A program made the position numbers and the translations under genes. The notes beneath the pieces are model-generated. The model saw only the letters and a list, made by a program, of their open reading frames with translations. It was not told the origin of the DNA and made no database searches. Below, in pieces: positions 48,630 to 62,789 of a stretch of 64,000 bases of DNA (its first letter is position 1; the number at the start of each line of letters is the position of its first letter). This stretch comes from Piromyces finnis finn. Its lineage: Eukaryota > Fungi > Neocallimastigomycota. The stretch covers positions 496,001 through 560,000 of the forward strand of contig MCFH01000026.1 of NCBI GenBank assembly GCA_002104945.1, given 5' to 3'.

Positions 48630-51600
48630 GAAAATACATATATAAGCAATTACTACAATTTTTCTATTATGAGAAATGATATAAACAAACAATATAAACA
48701 ACAATATTTTATTTAAAATTTATAATAAAAGTTTATTTACCTTTTTTTTTTGTTATAAAATATCATTATATAGATTACAATATTATATAGACTATTATTA
48801 TTATATAGATTATATAGATTAATAAAATTACTTCTTCATTATTATTTATTAATATCTTTTACTGCAAATTATAAAAATTATAACAAACGTAAAAAATATA
48901 AAATACATAATTATAAAATTATTACTTTATTATCTTTTAATTTAATTGTTAATATTTATTTTATTATTTTTATTATTATTATTATTTTTATTATTACTTA
49001 CTTTTTATTGCTACATTTGTTTAAAGTTTTATTATTATAACATATATATAAATATATAAATAAATATATAAATAAAACATTTAAATAAAATTCAAAAGAA
49101 AAAATATTATTGAATGCATTAATAATTATTACTGAAATGAATTTAAATTGATTATTTTTATTTTTTTAAATAAATATTTCCATAGTCTTCATGAAGATGT
49201 TATTTTATACATATGTGTTACTTCGAATATCATAATATTGATTGAAAAAAAAAAGTAATTATTTATTTGAAATATCATTTTATGAATATTATAAAAAATT
49301 AATATTAAATAAAGTATAATAAAAAATTTTAAAATTAATTTTCATGAACTCTTTTTTTTTTTTTCTTATAAATATAAATAAATAATATTGTATAAGTTAC
49401 CTCTTTTAAAGTGAATAATATATAATAAAAATTATAGTACAGTTTATAAAGGATAATAACAATGATATAAATCATTGTATTATTTTAAGATTCAATCTCT
49501 CTATTTATATCATCACCTTGATAATTTTGAGATTATTTTCTTAGCACACAAACATATATATATATATAAATATTTGATTCTACTATTTATCATTAATTAA
49601 ATGCCACTATAATAAGAATTGCATAATTATTAATAATATTTAAGCCCATTTTAACTTTATATAATACTTATTACATTACATTATGTTATAATACATGATA
49701 AATATGTAGATATGTACTATAAACATTTAATATTTTTTTTTGTAAAATATGGTGATTTAACAATGTATATAATTTTATTTAATATTATCATCATGATTTT
49801 TAAATGTTATTAATATCTTTTGTTCCGTTAACAATATATAGAGAATATAAAAATGTTGGCATTCTTTTAATAATTTTCCATGTTTTTCATTTAATACTTA
49901 ATAAAATAATGTTGACTATTTAATAAAATTATGCAGACTTATTTTCTTTATAGATTCAATTTATTTACCAAAAAATGATAGATTCTTGGTACATATATAC
50001 ATATATTAATAATATAATGTAAAAAGTATAAAAGTATATTATTAAAAGTTAAAAAATACCAAAATGTTGATAATTTTAATAATAATTGCATAATTACATA
50101 ATGTAATGTGCTACATCTAGCCATTAATATAATCATTATTGTACAATTATTTAATATAAGACAGGTATATATCATTGAAAAATGGATAAATAGTCCAATA
50201 TATAATATAATTAATAAATTTGTAATATAAATGTTAATTGAAAAATTAATATTTAATAAATATAATTTGATATATATCCTATTATTATATTTAATGCAAT
50301 TTTTTTTGAAAAAAGAAATACCACAATATTGTTTAATACATTGAAATTAATATGTAGATTAACTATTAATATGGTATATTAATTATATATTATTAAAATG
50401 TATAAGTATATAAATATATGTAAATATATAAATGTATAATTATATAAGTATATAAGTATATAGGTATATAAGTATATAAATATATGAATGTAAAAATTTA
50501 AAAGAGTTTATAAAATTTTAAAGCAATATAATTTTATAAATATATATTTACCTATTTTAATATTAGATTAATATTTCTTTGATATAGTATATAGCTTTTA
50601 ATTTTTAATTCAAATTAGCCTAAATTAATAATTTTGTTATATATTGTATATAATATTAAAGAATTTTAATATATTTAAATCATAAAAATAAAAACTTATA
50701 ATTCTGAAATATAGATAAATAGATATAAGCGTATATAATATTATGGTAAAAAAATGATGATTATATAAATTTATTATCGTTGAATCATCATTATTGCATT
50801 ATTTTACTATTAAAGTTAATATTTAATTTAGATAAATGACAAAGTAATAATAAAAGATATTGGTTAATAGATAATCTTTAAAAAATAGAAATAGTAAAAT
50901 AATAAAAATTTATATGTTAAAGTCAAGAAGAACTAAAATAAAAATAATATAAAATAAGAAATTAATTATTAATCAAATATCCTAATAATTTATTTTTGTT
51001 CTTCAGAAATTAGAGTAACGATAAAAAAATATGATAACTTAAATCTTTCTCAAGAGAATAATGAATAAGTATTATGATAATTTACCTTAATTTTTAAAAA
51101 AATAAGAACATCATAAAAATCTAAAGAAATGAAAATGGATAAAAAAAATGTTAATAAGCATAAAAAGTATTATCTTTAGTAAAGATTATAAATATAATAA
51201 TTAGTATTCTTGTTCGTATTCTTGTTCGTATTCTTGTTCGTATTCTTGTTAAATTGTTATTTTAATGTTATTTTGTATTATAAAAAGTAATAACCAATCT
51301 ACTCTTAAATGCATTTATATTTTTGAATATTGACTTTATTTAAGTAATGAATAGTGAAAAATCAAAATATATTGAAAAAGTTAGATTGAATATAGATATA
51401 TAGCTTATTGCATTGTTTATTGACACATTGTTCAATAACCTAATATGAAAATGAAATGTATTATGAATTATTATAGAAAGTTGACTTTGACCTTTTTATC
51501 TACTCTTAATTGAATGATGCAAAAGTGAAAAAGAGAAAAGAAAAAAGAGAGAGAAAAAACTAAGTAGAAATAAAAAAATACATAAAAATATAATAAAAGC

Positions 51601-52912
51601 ATAAATCTATATTATTGTTTATATAAAGGGGTAAATTATATTTTTTTTTGAAATTATTGCAAATTATTTTTTATTTTATTTTTAATTTTTTTTTCAATTC
51701 AATTTTTAATACATTATTAATATTTATTTATGTATCATGATTATTACATTGTCCATGTCACATGTTACATTGTTTTTTTATGTTTTTCATTATCCTGAAT
51801 TAAATGTATTGTCCATAAAATCTTGGATAAAGTATTTTCTTTTATTCTTCCTTTATTCTGTAATTAAAGGGTAAGTAATTATTAAAATTTTATTAGCATT
51901 TACATATATTTTAATATTTTAAACTCTTTTATCTGTAATATTTGAGCATATAAAGAACATAGTAATAGTATAATGTATAAAGTATAATATTAATTTTTTT
52001 TTTTTATTTTTTATTATTTAATATATAATAAATTTCTAAAAAGTTAAATATTTAATAAGATTTATATTGTTATTATATTACCTATATAAAATTATTAATT
52101 AAATATATATAGTAAATATAAAAGAACCTTTATCCTTTTATAGAATTTTATTATGTAAATTATATATATAAATATAAATATAAATATAAATATATTTGTT
52201 TAAAGACGTTTGTATTGTTGTATTTTTAAAGTTTTTTATTTATCATTGAACTCTTAAGCTTGAGTATTAGAAATATGTAATTTGTAATATTTTATTTATA
52301 AAGAGGTATTTTTCATAATATATAATTAATAAGTGTTAGATAATATCAAAACATTAAATAATATTAAATAGTATTATATATAAAAATAATATATAATAAT
52401 ACTATATAATACTATAATATTATAAAGTTAATAAAGTACCATATAATTAAATTAAAAAATGATTATTTTAGTGATTTAAATATAATTAATTATTATATTA
52501 CATCACTATATTATACTATATTGGTTAAAGCATTATTATACAATAATATTGTGTTTCTCTAAAAACAAACCTATTTTTTTTTTTTTTTTTCGTTTTTATT
52601 ATATATTAGAAATTTATTGGATAATGAATAGTGAATAGATAATTATATATATAATTATATAATTATCTTTTACATATATTTTAAATAAAAAAATATATAT
52701 ATGAATGTACATATTCCTATCTTTTTATTTTCGTTATTTAGCAATATATATATTTTTGTTATTTATAATATTTATTTACTTATTTTTTTTGCATAGAATA
52801 AACAAACAAATAAACATACAATATAAATAAAAAGAATAATATTTGTAATACTAAATATAAATATTTTTATAATACAAATATTAATAATATTTTTAAAAAT
52901 AAAACAATTTTA

Positions 52913-54781
52913 ATGTCTACTACTTTATATTTTATTTTATTTTTTATTTTATTCATTACTTTTTGTTTTAGTAGTAGCACTATGATTTATAGAAATTTTT
53001 TTAGAAGTTTAAAGAGAAATCAATTTGAATATTTAAACTTTAATGGTTTAAAATATTCAGAAATTAAATATATTATTAAAGTTGCTTACTTGTTTTATAA
53101 AATGAAAGAGATGAAAAGAAATGACATTAACAATAAATTCTTTTCATCTTTTCAAAACAAATTTAAGATAAGTATGAAAAAACAAATTAATAATATATAT
53201 TTAATTAAAAAATTTCAAAATTTAGAGGATTCTTATTCCTTAAAACATATGAAATTAAGGAAAGGAATTCAAAGAATAAAAAATAAAGAAAATAATTCTT
53301 TAAATAATAAAGAATATTTTCATTTAATTAAAAAAACTAAAGATAAGCATTTAATTCGAAAATCGTCGAAAAAATGCTTATTTAATATTAAAGATTTTAT
53401 TACAAAGAAGGATATTAAAAACAATCAGAAAATATTCCTTGAATTTTGTAATAATAAATATAGTTATATTAATTATAACTTTTTGAATAATAATGATCCA
53501 ATTGTTGATTCCTTGGATCAAATTAAAGAAGAAAAAGAAGAAATAAGTTATGAAGAAAATGGTAATTATACCATTTTTAATATTCCTAATAATGAAAAAG
53601 TCGAAAAAGAAGAAAATATAAAAGAAGATATGAATGAAGAAAAGGTCGATAAAAAAGAATATGATAATGATGAAGAAATTGAAGAAATAAATGAAGAAAT
53701 TGAAGAAATGAATGAAGAAATTGGTGATGATGGTACCATTATTTATGTTCCGGATGAAGAAGTTGATAAAGATAATGAAAGAGATGTTATACAAATTATT
53801 TTATCTCTTTTCAAAGATCGAATCAATGAAAAAGAAGGAGAAGATGAAAATGAAAATGATGATAGTGGAAAAGAAGAAGAAAAAGAAGAAGAAGAAAAAG
53901 AGTATGATGGTGATGAAGAACAATCTAATGAAAATAATTATCTTGGAATTATTTCACATGAATCAAAATCAAATGATCAAAGTATGGAAGAAGAAAGTAA
54001 TAAATCATTAATTTTATTTTCAGAAGAAGAAGAAGAAGAAGAAGAAGAAAGAAAAGAAAAAGAAGAAAAAGAAAGAAATGATGTAATGGAAGAAAGTGTT
54101 AATAATATTATTCAATTTTCTTTAAGTGATCAAATCGTTAAAGATGATGATAGAATTACAGCATTATTTCAGTCAAATCAAAACAACAATAACAACTACA
54201 TTAATGAAGATGACAATAGTACAATTATTTTGAGTTCTGGAGAAGAAGAAGAAGAAGAAGAAGAAGAAAAAGAAGAAGAAACATTTAAAAAAGAAGAAAC
54301 TGAAGAAGAAGATTTTGAAGAAAAAATGAAAAGAAATACTTTTAATGAATTGGAACATTATTATATGAGTCCAATTGATTATACACCTTCCATTGAAAAT
54401 ATCGAAAACTTGCAAGAAAGAGTTAATCTATTAAATTGTAAACTAAAATTATCCCAATATATATTACCGAATCTTGACAAGAAAAAGTATTTTATGAGGT
54501 TGACAGAAATTCAAGAAGCTATTATTTATATCAGATCAATTTACAGAAGGAAGAATAAGAAGATCCAAAAGTTAAAGAAAGAGACTGAAACAAATGCATT
54601 AGCAAGAAAGAGCACCAGAACTATAGGAAGAAAAGCCAAGAAAGTAGAAGTTCAAAGTTTAATTAATATAAATAAAATTAAAGCAAAGGAAGAAAAAAAA
54701 TCTACCATAGATTTAATAATTAATAATATGAAAAGTTTAAAATTAAATAAACAACAAAACATATTAAAAAATGAAATATAA
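52913..54781 (+). CDS. Orphan protein, copy 2
   Basis: 622 aa; differs from copy 1 by substitutions and in-frame indels only. Confidence 0.6.
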   Translation: MSTTLYFILFFILFITFCFSSSTMIYRNFFRSLKRNQFEYLNFNGLKYSEIKYIIKVAYLFYKMKEMKRNDINNKFFSSFQNKFKISMKKQINNIYLIKKFQNLEDSYSLKHMKLRKGIQRIKNKENNSLNNKEYFHLIKKTKDKHLIRKSSKKCLFNIKDFITKKDIKNNQKIFLEFCNNKYSYINYNFLNNNDPIVDSLDQIKEEKEEISYEENGNYTIFNIPNNEKVEKEENIKEDMNEEKVDKKEYDNDEEIEEINEEIEEMNEEIGDDGTIIYVPDEEVDKDNERDVIQIILSLFKDRINEKEGEDENENDDSGKEEEKEEEEKEYDGDEEQSNENNYLGIISHESKSNDQSMEEESNKSLILFSEEEEEEEEERKEKEEKERNDVMEESVNNIIQFSLSDQIVKDDDRITALFQSNQNNNNNYINEDDNSTIILSSGEEEEEEEEEKEEETFKKEETEEEDFEEKMKRNTFNELEHYYMSPIDYTPSIENIENLQERVNLLNCKLKLSQYILPNLDKKKYFMRLTEIQEAIIYIRSIYRRKNKKIQKLKKETETNALARKSTRTIGRKAKKVEVQSLININKIKAKEEKKSTIDLIINNMKSLKLNKQQNILKNEI

Positions 54782-57700
54782 GAAAATACATATATAAGCA
54801 ATTACTACAATTTTTCTATTATGAGAAATGATATAAACAAACAATATAAACAACAATATTTTATTTAAATTTTATAATAAAAGTTTATTTACCTTTTTTT
54901 TTGTTATAAAATATCATTATATAGATTATATAGATTAATAAAATTACTTCTTCATTATTATTTATTAATATCTTTTACTGCAAATTATAAAAATTATAAC
55001 TAACGTAAAAATATAAAATACATAATTATAAAATTATTACTTTATTATCTTTTAATTTAATTGTTAATATTTATTTTATTATTTTTATTATTATTATTTT
55101 CTTTTTATTATTACTTACTTTTTATTGCTATATTTGTATAAAGTTTTATTATTATAACATATATATAAATAAAATATATAAATAAAATTTAAAAGAAAAA
55201 ATATTATTGAATGCTTTAATAATTATTACTGAAATGAATTTAAATTGATTATTTTTATTTTTTTGAATAAATATTTCCATAGTTTTCATAAAGATGTTAT
55301 TTTATACATATGTGTTACTTCGAATATCATAATATTGATTGAAAAAAAAAGTAATTATTTATTTGAAATATCATTTTATGAATATTATAAAAAATTAATA
55401 TTAAATAAAGTATAATAAAAAATTTTAAAATTAATTTTCATGAACTCTTTTTTTTTTTTTCTTATAAATATAAATAAATAATATTGTATAAGTTACCTCT
55501 TTTAAAGTGAATAATATATAATAAAAATTATAGTACAGTTTATAAAGGATAATAACAATGATATAAATCATTGTATTATTTTAAGATTCAATCTCTCTAT
55601 TTATATCATCACCTTGATAATTTTGAGATTATTTTCTTAGCACACAAACATATATATATATATAAATATTTGATTCTACTATTTATCATTAATTAAATGC
55701 CACTATAATAAGAATTGCATAATTATTAATAATATTTAAGCCCATTTTAACTTTATATAATACTTATTACATTACATTATGTTATAATACATGATAAATA
55801 TGTAGATATGTACTATAAACATTTAATATTTTTTTTTGTAAAATATGGTGATTTAACAATGTATATAATTTTATTTAATATTATCATCATGATTTTTAAA
55901 TGTTATTAATATCTTTTGTTCCGTTAACAATATATAGAGAGTATAAAAATGTTGGCATTCTTTTAATAATTTTCCATGTTTTTCATTTAATACTTAATAA
56001 AATAATGTTGACTATTTAATAAAATTATGCAGACTTATTTTCTTTATAGATTCAATTTATTTACCAAAAAATGATAGATTCTTGGTACATATATACATAT
56101 ATTAATAATATAATGTAAAAAGTATAAAAGTATATTATTAAAAGTTAAAAAATACCAAAATGTTGATAATTTTAATAATAATTGCATAATTACATAATGT
56201 AATGTGCTACATCTAGCCATTAATATAATCATTATTGTACAATTATTTAATATAAGACAGGTATATATCATTGAAAAATGGATAAATAGTCCAATATATA
56301 ATATAATTAATAAATTTGTAATATAAATGTTAATTGAAAAATTAATATTTAATAAATATAATTTGATATATATCCTATTATTATATTTAATGCAATTTTT
56401 TTTGAAAAAAGAAATACCACAATATTGTTTAATACATTGAAATTAATATGTAGATTAACTATTAATATGGTATATTAATTATATATTATTAAAATGTATA
56501 AGTATATAAATATATGTAAATATATAAATGTATAATTATATAAGTATATAAGTATATAGGTATATAAGTATATAAATATATGAATGTAAAAATTTAAAAG
56601 AGTTTATAAAATTTTAAAGCAATATAATTTTATAAATATATATTTACCTATTTTAATATTAGATTAATATTTCTTTGATATAGTATATAGCTTTTAATTT
56701 TTAATTCAAATTAGCCTAAATTAATAATTTTGTTATATATTGTATATAATATTAAAGAATTTTAATATATTTAAATCATAAAAATAAAAACTTATAATTC
56801 TGAAATATAGATAAATAGATATAAGCGTATATAATATTATGGTAAAAAAATGATGATTATATAAATTTATTATCGTTGAATCATCATTATTGCATTATTT
56901 TACTATTAAAGTTAATATTTAATTTAGATAAATGACAAAGTAATAATAAAAGATATTGGTTAATAGATAATCTTTAAAAAATAGAAATAGTAAAATAATA
57001 AAAATTTATATGTTAAAGTCAAGAAGAACTAAAATAAAAATAATATAAAATAAGAAATTAATTATTAATCAAATATCCTAATAATTTATTTTTGTTCTTC
57101 AGAAATTAGAGTAACGATAAAAAAATATGATAACTTAAATCTTTCTCAAGAGAATAATGAATAAGTATTATGATAATTTACCTTAATTTTTAAAAAAATA
57201 AGAACATCATAAAAATCTAAAGAAATGAAAATGGATAAGAAAATAATACTAATAAGCATAAAAAGTATTATCTTTAGTAAAGATTATAAATATAATAATT
57301 AGTATTCTTGTTCGTATTCTTGTTCGTATTCTTGTTCGTATTCTTGTTAAATTGTTATTTTAATGTTATTTTGTATTATAAAAAGTAATAACCAATCTAC
57401 TCTTAAATACATTTATATTTTTGAATATTGACTTTATTTAAGTAATGAATAGTGAAAAATCAAAATATATTGAAAAAGTTAGATTGAATATAGATATATA
57501 GCTTATTGCATTGTTTATTGACACATTGTTCAATAACCTAATATGAAAATGAAATGTATTATGAATTATTATAGAAAGTTGACTTTGACCTTTTTATCTA
57601 CTCTTAATTGAATGATGCAAAAGTGAAAAAGAGAAAAGAAAAAAGAGAGAGAAAAAACTAAATAGAAATAAAAAAAATACATAAAAATATAATAAAAGCA

Positions 57701-59001
57701 TAAATCTATATTATTATTTATATAAAGGGGTAAATTATATTTTTTTTTGAAATTATTGCAAATTATTTTTTATTTTATTTTTAATTTTTTTTTCAATTCA
57801 ATTTTTAATACATTATTAATATTTATTTATGTATCATGATTATTACATTGTCCATGTCACATGTTACATCATTTTTTTATGTTTTTCATTATCCTGAATT
57901 AAATGTATTGTCCATAAAATCTTGGATAAAGTATTTTCTTTTATTCTTCCTTTATTCTGTAATTAAAGGGTAAGTAATTATTAAAATTTTATTAGCATTT
58001 ACATATATTTTAATATTTTAAACTCTTTTATCTGTAATATTTGAGCATATAAAGAACATAGTAATAGTATAATGTATAAAGTATAATATTAATTTTTTTT
58101 TTTTATTTTTTATTATTTAATATATAATAAATTTCTAAAAAGTTAAATATTTAATAAGATTTATATTGTTATTATATTACCTATATAAAATTTTATAATT
58201 AAATATATATAATAAATATAAAAGAACCTTTATCCTTTTATAGAATTTTATTATGTAAATTATATATAAATATAAATATAAATATAAATATATTTGTTTA
58301 AAGACATTTGTAATGTAGTCTTTTTAAAGTCATTGAACTCTTAAGCTTAAGTATTAGAAATATGTAATTTGTAATATTTTATTTAAAAAGAGGTATTTTT
58401 CATAATATATAATTAATAAGTGTTAGATAATATCAAAATATTAAATAATATTAAATAGTATTATATATAAAAATAATATATAATAATACTATATAATATA
58501 TAATATTATAAAGTTAATAAAGTACCATTTAATTAAATTAAAAAATGATTATTATTTTAGTGATTTAAATATAATTAATTATTATATTACATCACTATAT
58601 TATACTATATTATACTATATTGGTTAAAGCATTATTATACAATAATATTGTGTTTCTCTAAAAACAAACCTAATTTTCTTATTTTTTGTTTTTATTATAT
58701 ATTAACAAAAAATTTATTGGATAATGAATAGTGAATAGATAATTATATATAATTATCTTTACATATATTTTAAATAAAAGAATATATATATAAATGTACA
58801 TATTCCTATCTTTTTATTTTCGTTATTTAGCAATATATATATTTTTGTTATTTATAATATTTATTTACTTATTTTTTTTGCATAGAATAAACAAACAAAT
58901 AAACATACAATATAAATAAAAAGAATAATATTTGTAATACTAAATATAAATATTTTTATAATACAAATATTAATAATATTTTTAAAAATAAAACAATTTT
59001 A

Positions 59002-60921
59002 ATGTCTACTACTTTATATTTTATTTTATATTTTATTTTATTCATTACTTTTTGTTTTAGTAGTAGCACTATGATTTATAAAACTTTTTTTAAAAATTTA
59101 AAGAGAAATCAATTTGAATATTTAAACTTTAATGGTTTAAAATATTCAGAAATTAAATATATTATTAAAGTTACCTACTTGTTTTATAAAATGAAAGAGA
59201 TGAAAAGAAATGACATTAAAAATAAATTCTTTTTATCTTTTCAAAACAAATTTAAGATAAGTATGAAAAAACAAATTAATAATATATATTTAATTAAAAA
59301 ATTTCAAAATTTAGAGGATTCTTATTCCTTAAAACATATGAAATTAAGGAAAGGAATTCAAAGAATAAAAAATAAAGAAAATAATTCTTTAAAAAATAAA
59401 GAATATTTTCATTTAATTAAAAAAATTAAAGATAAGCATTTAATTCGAAAATCGTCGAAAAAATGCTTATTTAATATTAAAGATTTTATTACAAAAAAGG
59501 ATATTAAAAACAATCAGAAAATATTCCTTGAATTTTGTAATAATAAATATAGTTATATTAATTATAAATTATTGAATAATAATGATCCAATTGTTGATTC
59601 CTTGGATCAAATTAAAGAAGAAAAAGAAGAAATAAGTTATGAAGAAAATGGTAATTATACCATTTTTAATATTCCTAATAATGAAAGAGTTGAAAAAGAA
59701 GAAGATATAAAAGAAGATATGAATGAAGAAAAGGTCGATAAAAAAGAATATGATAATGATGAAGAAATTGAAGAAATGAATGAAGAAATAAATGAAGAAA
59801 TAAATGAAGAGATTGAAGAAATAAATGAAGAAATTGAAGAAATAAATGAAGAAATTGGAGATGATGGTACCATTATTTATGTTCCGGATGAAGAAGTTAA
59901 TAAAGATAATGAAAGAGATGTAATACAAATTATTTTATCTCTTTTCAAAGATCGAATCAATGAAAAAGAAGATGATGAAAAAGAAGATGATGATAATGGA
60001 AAAGAAGAAGAAGAAGAAAAAGAAGAAAAAGAAGAAAAAGAGTATGATGGTGATGAAGAACAATCTAATGAAAATAATTATCTTGGAATTATTTCACATG
60101 AATCAAAATCAAATGATCAAAGTATGGAAGAAGAAAGTTATAAATCATTAATTTTATTTTCAGAAGAAGAAGAAGAAGAAGAAAGAAAAGAAAAAGAAGA
60201 AAAAGAAAGAAATGATGTAATGGAAGAAAGTGTTAATAATATTATTCAATTTTCTTTAAGTGAACAAATCGTTAAAGATGATGATAAAATTACAGCATTA
60301 TTTCAGTCACATCAAAACAACAATAACAACTACATTAATGAAGATGACAATAGTACAATTATTTTGAGTTCTGGAGAAGAAGAAGAAGAAGAAGAAGAAG
60401 AAGAAGAAAAAGAAGAAGAAACATTTAAAAAAGAAGAAACTGAAGAAGAAGATTTTGAAGAAAAAATGAAAAGGAATACTTTTAATGAATTGGAACATTA
60501 TTATATGAGTCCAATTGATTATACACCTTCCATTGAAAATATCGAAAACTTGCAAGAAAGAGTTAATCTATTAAATTGTAAACTAAAATTATCCCAATAT
60601 ATATTACCGAATCTTGACAAGAAAAAGTATTTTATGAGGTTGACAGAAATTCAAGAAGCTATTATTTATATCAGATCAATTTACAGAAGGAAGAATAAGA
60701 AGATCCAAAAGTTAAAGAAAGAGACTGAAACAAATGCATTAGCAAGAAAGAGCACCAGAACTATAGGAAGAAAAGCCAAGAAAGTAGAAGTTCAAAGTTT
60801 AATTAATATAAATAAAATTAAAGCAAAGGAAGAAAAAAAATCTACCATAGATTTAATAATTAATAATATGAAAAGTTTAAAATTAAATAAACAACAAAAC
60901 ATATTAAAAAATGAAATATAA
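59002..60921 (+). CDS. Orphan protein, copy 3
   Basis: 639 aa, with an expanded EEINEEI repeat; otherwise a mosaic of copies 1 and 2. Confidence 0.6.
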   Translation: MSTTLYFILYFILFITFCFSSSTMIYKTFFKNLKRNQFEYLNFNGLKYSEIKYIIKVTYLFYKMKEMKRNDIKNKFFLSFQNKFKISMKKQINNIYLIKKFQNLEDSYSLKHMKLRKGIQRIKNKENNSLKNKEYFHLIKKIKDKHLIRKSSKKCLFNIKDFITKKDIKNNQKIFLEFCNNKYSYINYKLLNNNDPIVDSLDQIKEEKEEISYEENGNYTIFNIPNNERVEKEEDIKEDMNEEKVDKKEYDNDEEIEEMNEEINEEINEEIEEINEEIEEINEEIGDDGTIIYVPDEEVNKDNERDVIQIILSLFKDRINEKEDDEKEDDDNGKEEEEEKEEKEEKEYDGDEEQSNENNYLGIISHESKSNDQSMEEESYKSLILFSEEEEEEERKEKEEKERNDVMEESVNNIIQFSLSEQIVKDDDKITALFQSHQNNNNNYINEDDNSTIILSSGEEEEEEEEEEEKEEETFKKEETEEEDFEEKMKRNTFNELEHYYMSPIDYTPSIENIENLQERVNLLNCKLKLSQYILPNLDKKKYFMRLTEIQEAIIYIRSIYRRKNKKIQKLKKETETNALARKSTRTIGRKAKKVEVQSLININKIKAKEEKKSTIDLIINNMKSLKLNKQQNILKNEI

Positions 60922-62789
60922 GAAAATACATATATAAGCAATTACTACAATTTTTCTATTATGAGAAATGATATAAACAAACAATATAAACAACAATATT
61001 TTATTTAAAATTTATAATAAAAGTTTATTTACCTTTTTTTTTGTTATAAAATATCATTATATAGATTACAATATTATATAGACTATTATTATTATATAGA
61101 TTATATAGATTAATAAAATTACTTCTTCATTATTATTTATTAATATCTTTTATTTCAAATTATAAAAATTATAACTAACGTAAAAATATAAAATACATAA
61201 TTATAAAATTATTACTTTATTATCTTTTAATTTAATTGTTAATATTTATTTTATTATTTTTATTATTATTATTTTTTTTATTATTACTTACTTTTTATTG
61301 CTACATTTGTTTAAAGTTTTATTATTATAACATATATATAAAATATATAAAAAAATGTATAAATAAAACATTTAAATAAAATTCAAAAGAAAAAATATTA
61401 TTGAATGCATTAATAATTATTACTGAAATGAATTTAAATTGATTATTTTTATTTTTTTGAATAAGTATTTCCATAGTTTTCATAAAGATGTTATTTTATA
61501 CATATGTGTTACTTCGAATATCATAATGTTGAATGAAAAAAAGTAATTTATTTGAAATATCATTTTATGAGTATTATAAAAAATTAATATAAAGTAAAAT
61601 ATAATAAAAAATTATTATCGCTGAATAATTATAGCATTATTTTACTATTAAAGTTAATATTTAATTTAGATAAATGACAAAGTAATAATAAAAGATATTG
61701 GTTAATAGATAATCTTTAAAAAATAGAAATAGTAAAATAATAAAAATTTATATGTTAAAATCAAGAAGAACTAAAATAAAAATAATATAAAATAAGAAAA
61801 TAGTTATTAATCAAATATTGTAATAATTTATTTTTGTTCTTCAGAAATTAGAGTAACGATAAAAAAATATGATAACTTAATCTTTCTCAAGAGAATAATG
61901 AATAAGTATTATGATAATTTACCTTAATTTTTAAAAAAAAACTAGAACATCATAAAAATCTAAAGAAATGAAAATGGATAAGAAAATAATACTAATAAGC
62001 ATAAAAAGTATTATATTTAGTAAAGACTATAAATATAATAATTAGTATTCTTGTTCGTATTCTTGTTAAATTTTTATTTTAATACCATTTTGTATTATAA
62101 AAAGTAATAACCAATCTATTCTTAAATACATTTATACTTTTGAATATTGACTTTATTTAAGTAATGAATAGTGAAAAATCAAAATATATTGAAAATGTTA
62201 GATTGAATATAGATATATAGCTTATTGCATTGTTTATTGACACATTGTTCAATAACCTAATATGAAAATGAAATATGTATTATGAATTATTATAGAAAGT
62301 TGACTTTGACCTTTTTATCTACTCTTAATTGAATGATGCAAAAGTGAAAAAGAGAAAAGAAAAGAGAGAGAGAAAAAACTAAGTAGAAATAAAAAAAATA
62401 CATAAAAATATAATAAAAGCATAAATCTATATTATTATTTATATAAAGGGGTAAATTACATTTTTTTTTGAAATTATTGCAAATTATTTTTTATTTTATT
62501 TTTATTTTTTTTTTTTTCAATTCAATTTTTAATACATTATTAATATTTATTTATGTATCATGATTATTACATTGTCCATATCACATGTTACACTATTTTT
62601 TTATGTTTAATTAATTAAAAATGAATTTTTCTTTTTCAAATTCAAGGATTAATTAATTAATGTATTGTCCATAAAAATTTGGGTTAAATATTTCTTTCCA
62701 ATCTTTCTTTATTTTATTATAATTCTACATAATATCAAATACTCTACTGATATTACTTTATCTCTAACTTCATATTTTATTCATTGAGG

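Larger units (their letters stand above)
45151..62606. repeat. Tandem array of a ~6.1-kb unit (three units plus a partial fourth)
   Basis: The unit start ttttgtattataaaaagtaataacc occurs at 45151, 51271, 57369 and 62088 (periods 6120, 6098, 4719). A (gtattcttgttc)n stretch lies near each unit end. Unit 3 lacks ~1.4 kb of spacer. Confidence 0.95.

Noticed and set aside
49948-50175. 75-aa ORF repeated at 56044-56271
   Set aside because: It is identical only because the spacer is near-identical, it is deleted in unit 3, and it shows no recognisable motif.
47226-60555. Minus-strand F/I-rich ORFs and alternative-frame K/M-rich ORFs in the array
   Set aside because: They are by-products of GAA repeats in the main ORF.
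45151-62606. Helitron or DNA-transposon origin of the tandem unit
   Set aside because: I saw no TC...CTRR ends with a subterminal hairpin, no TIRs, no TSD and no Rep/helicase or transposase coding.
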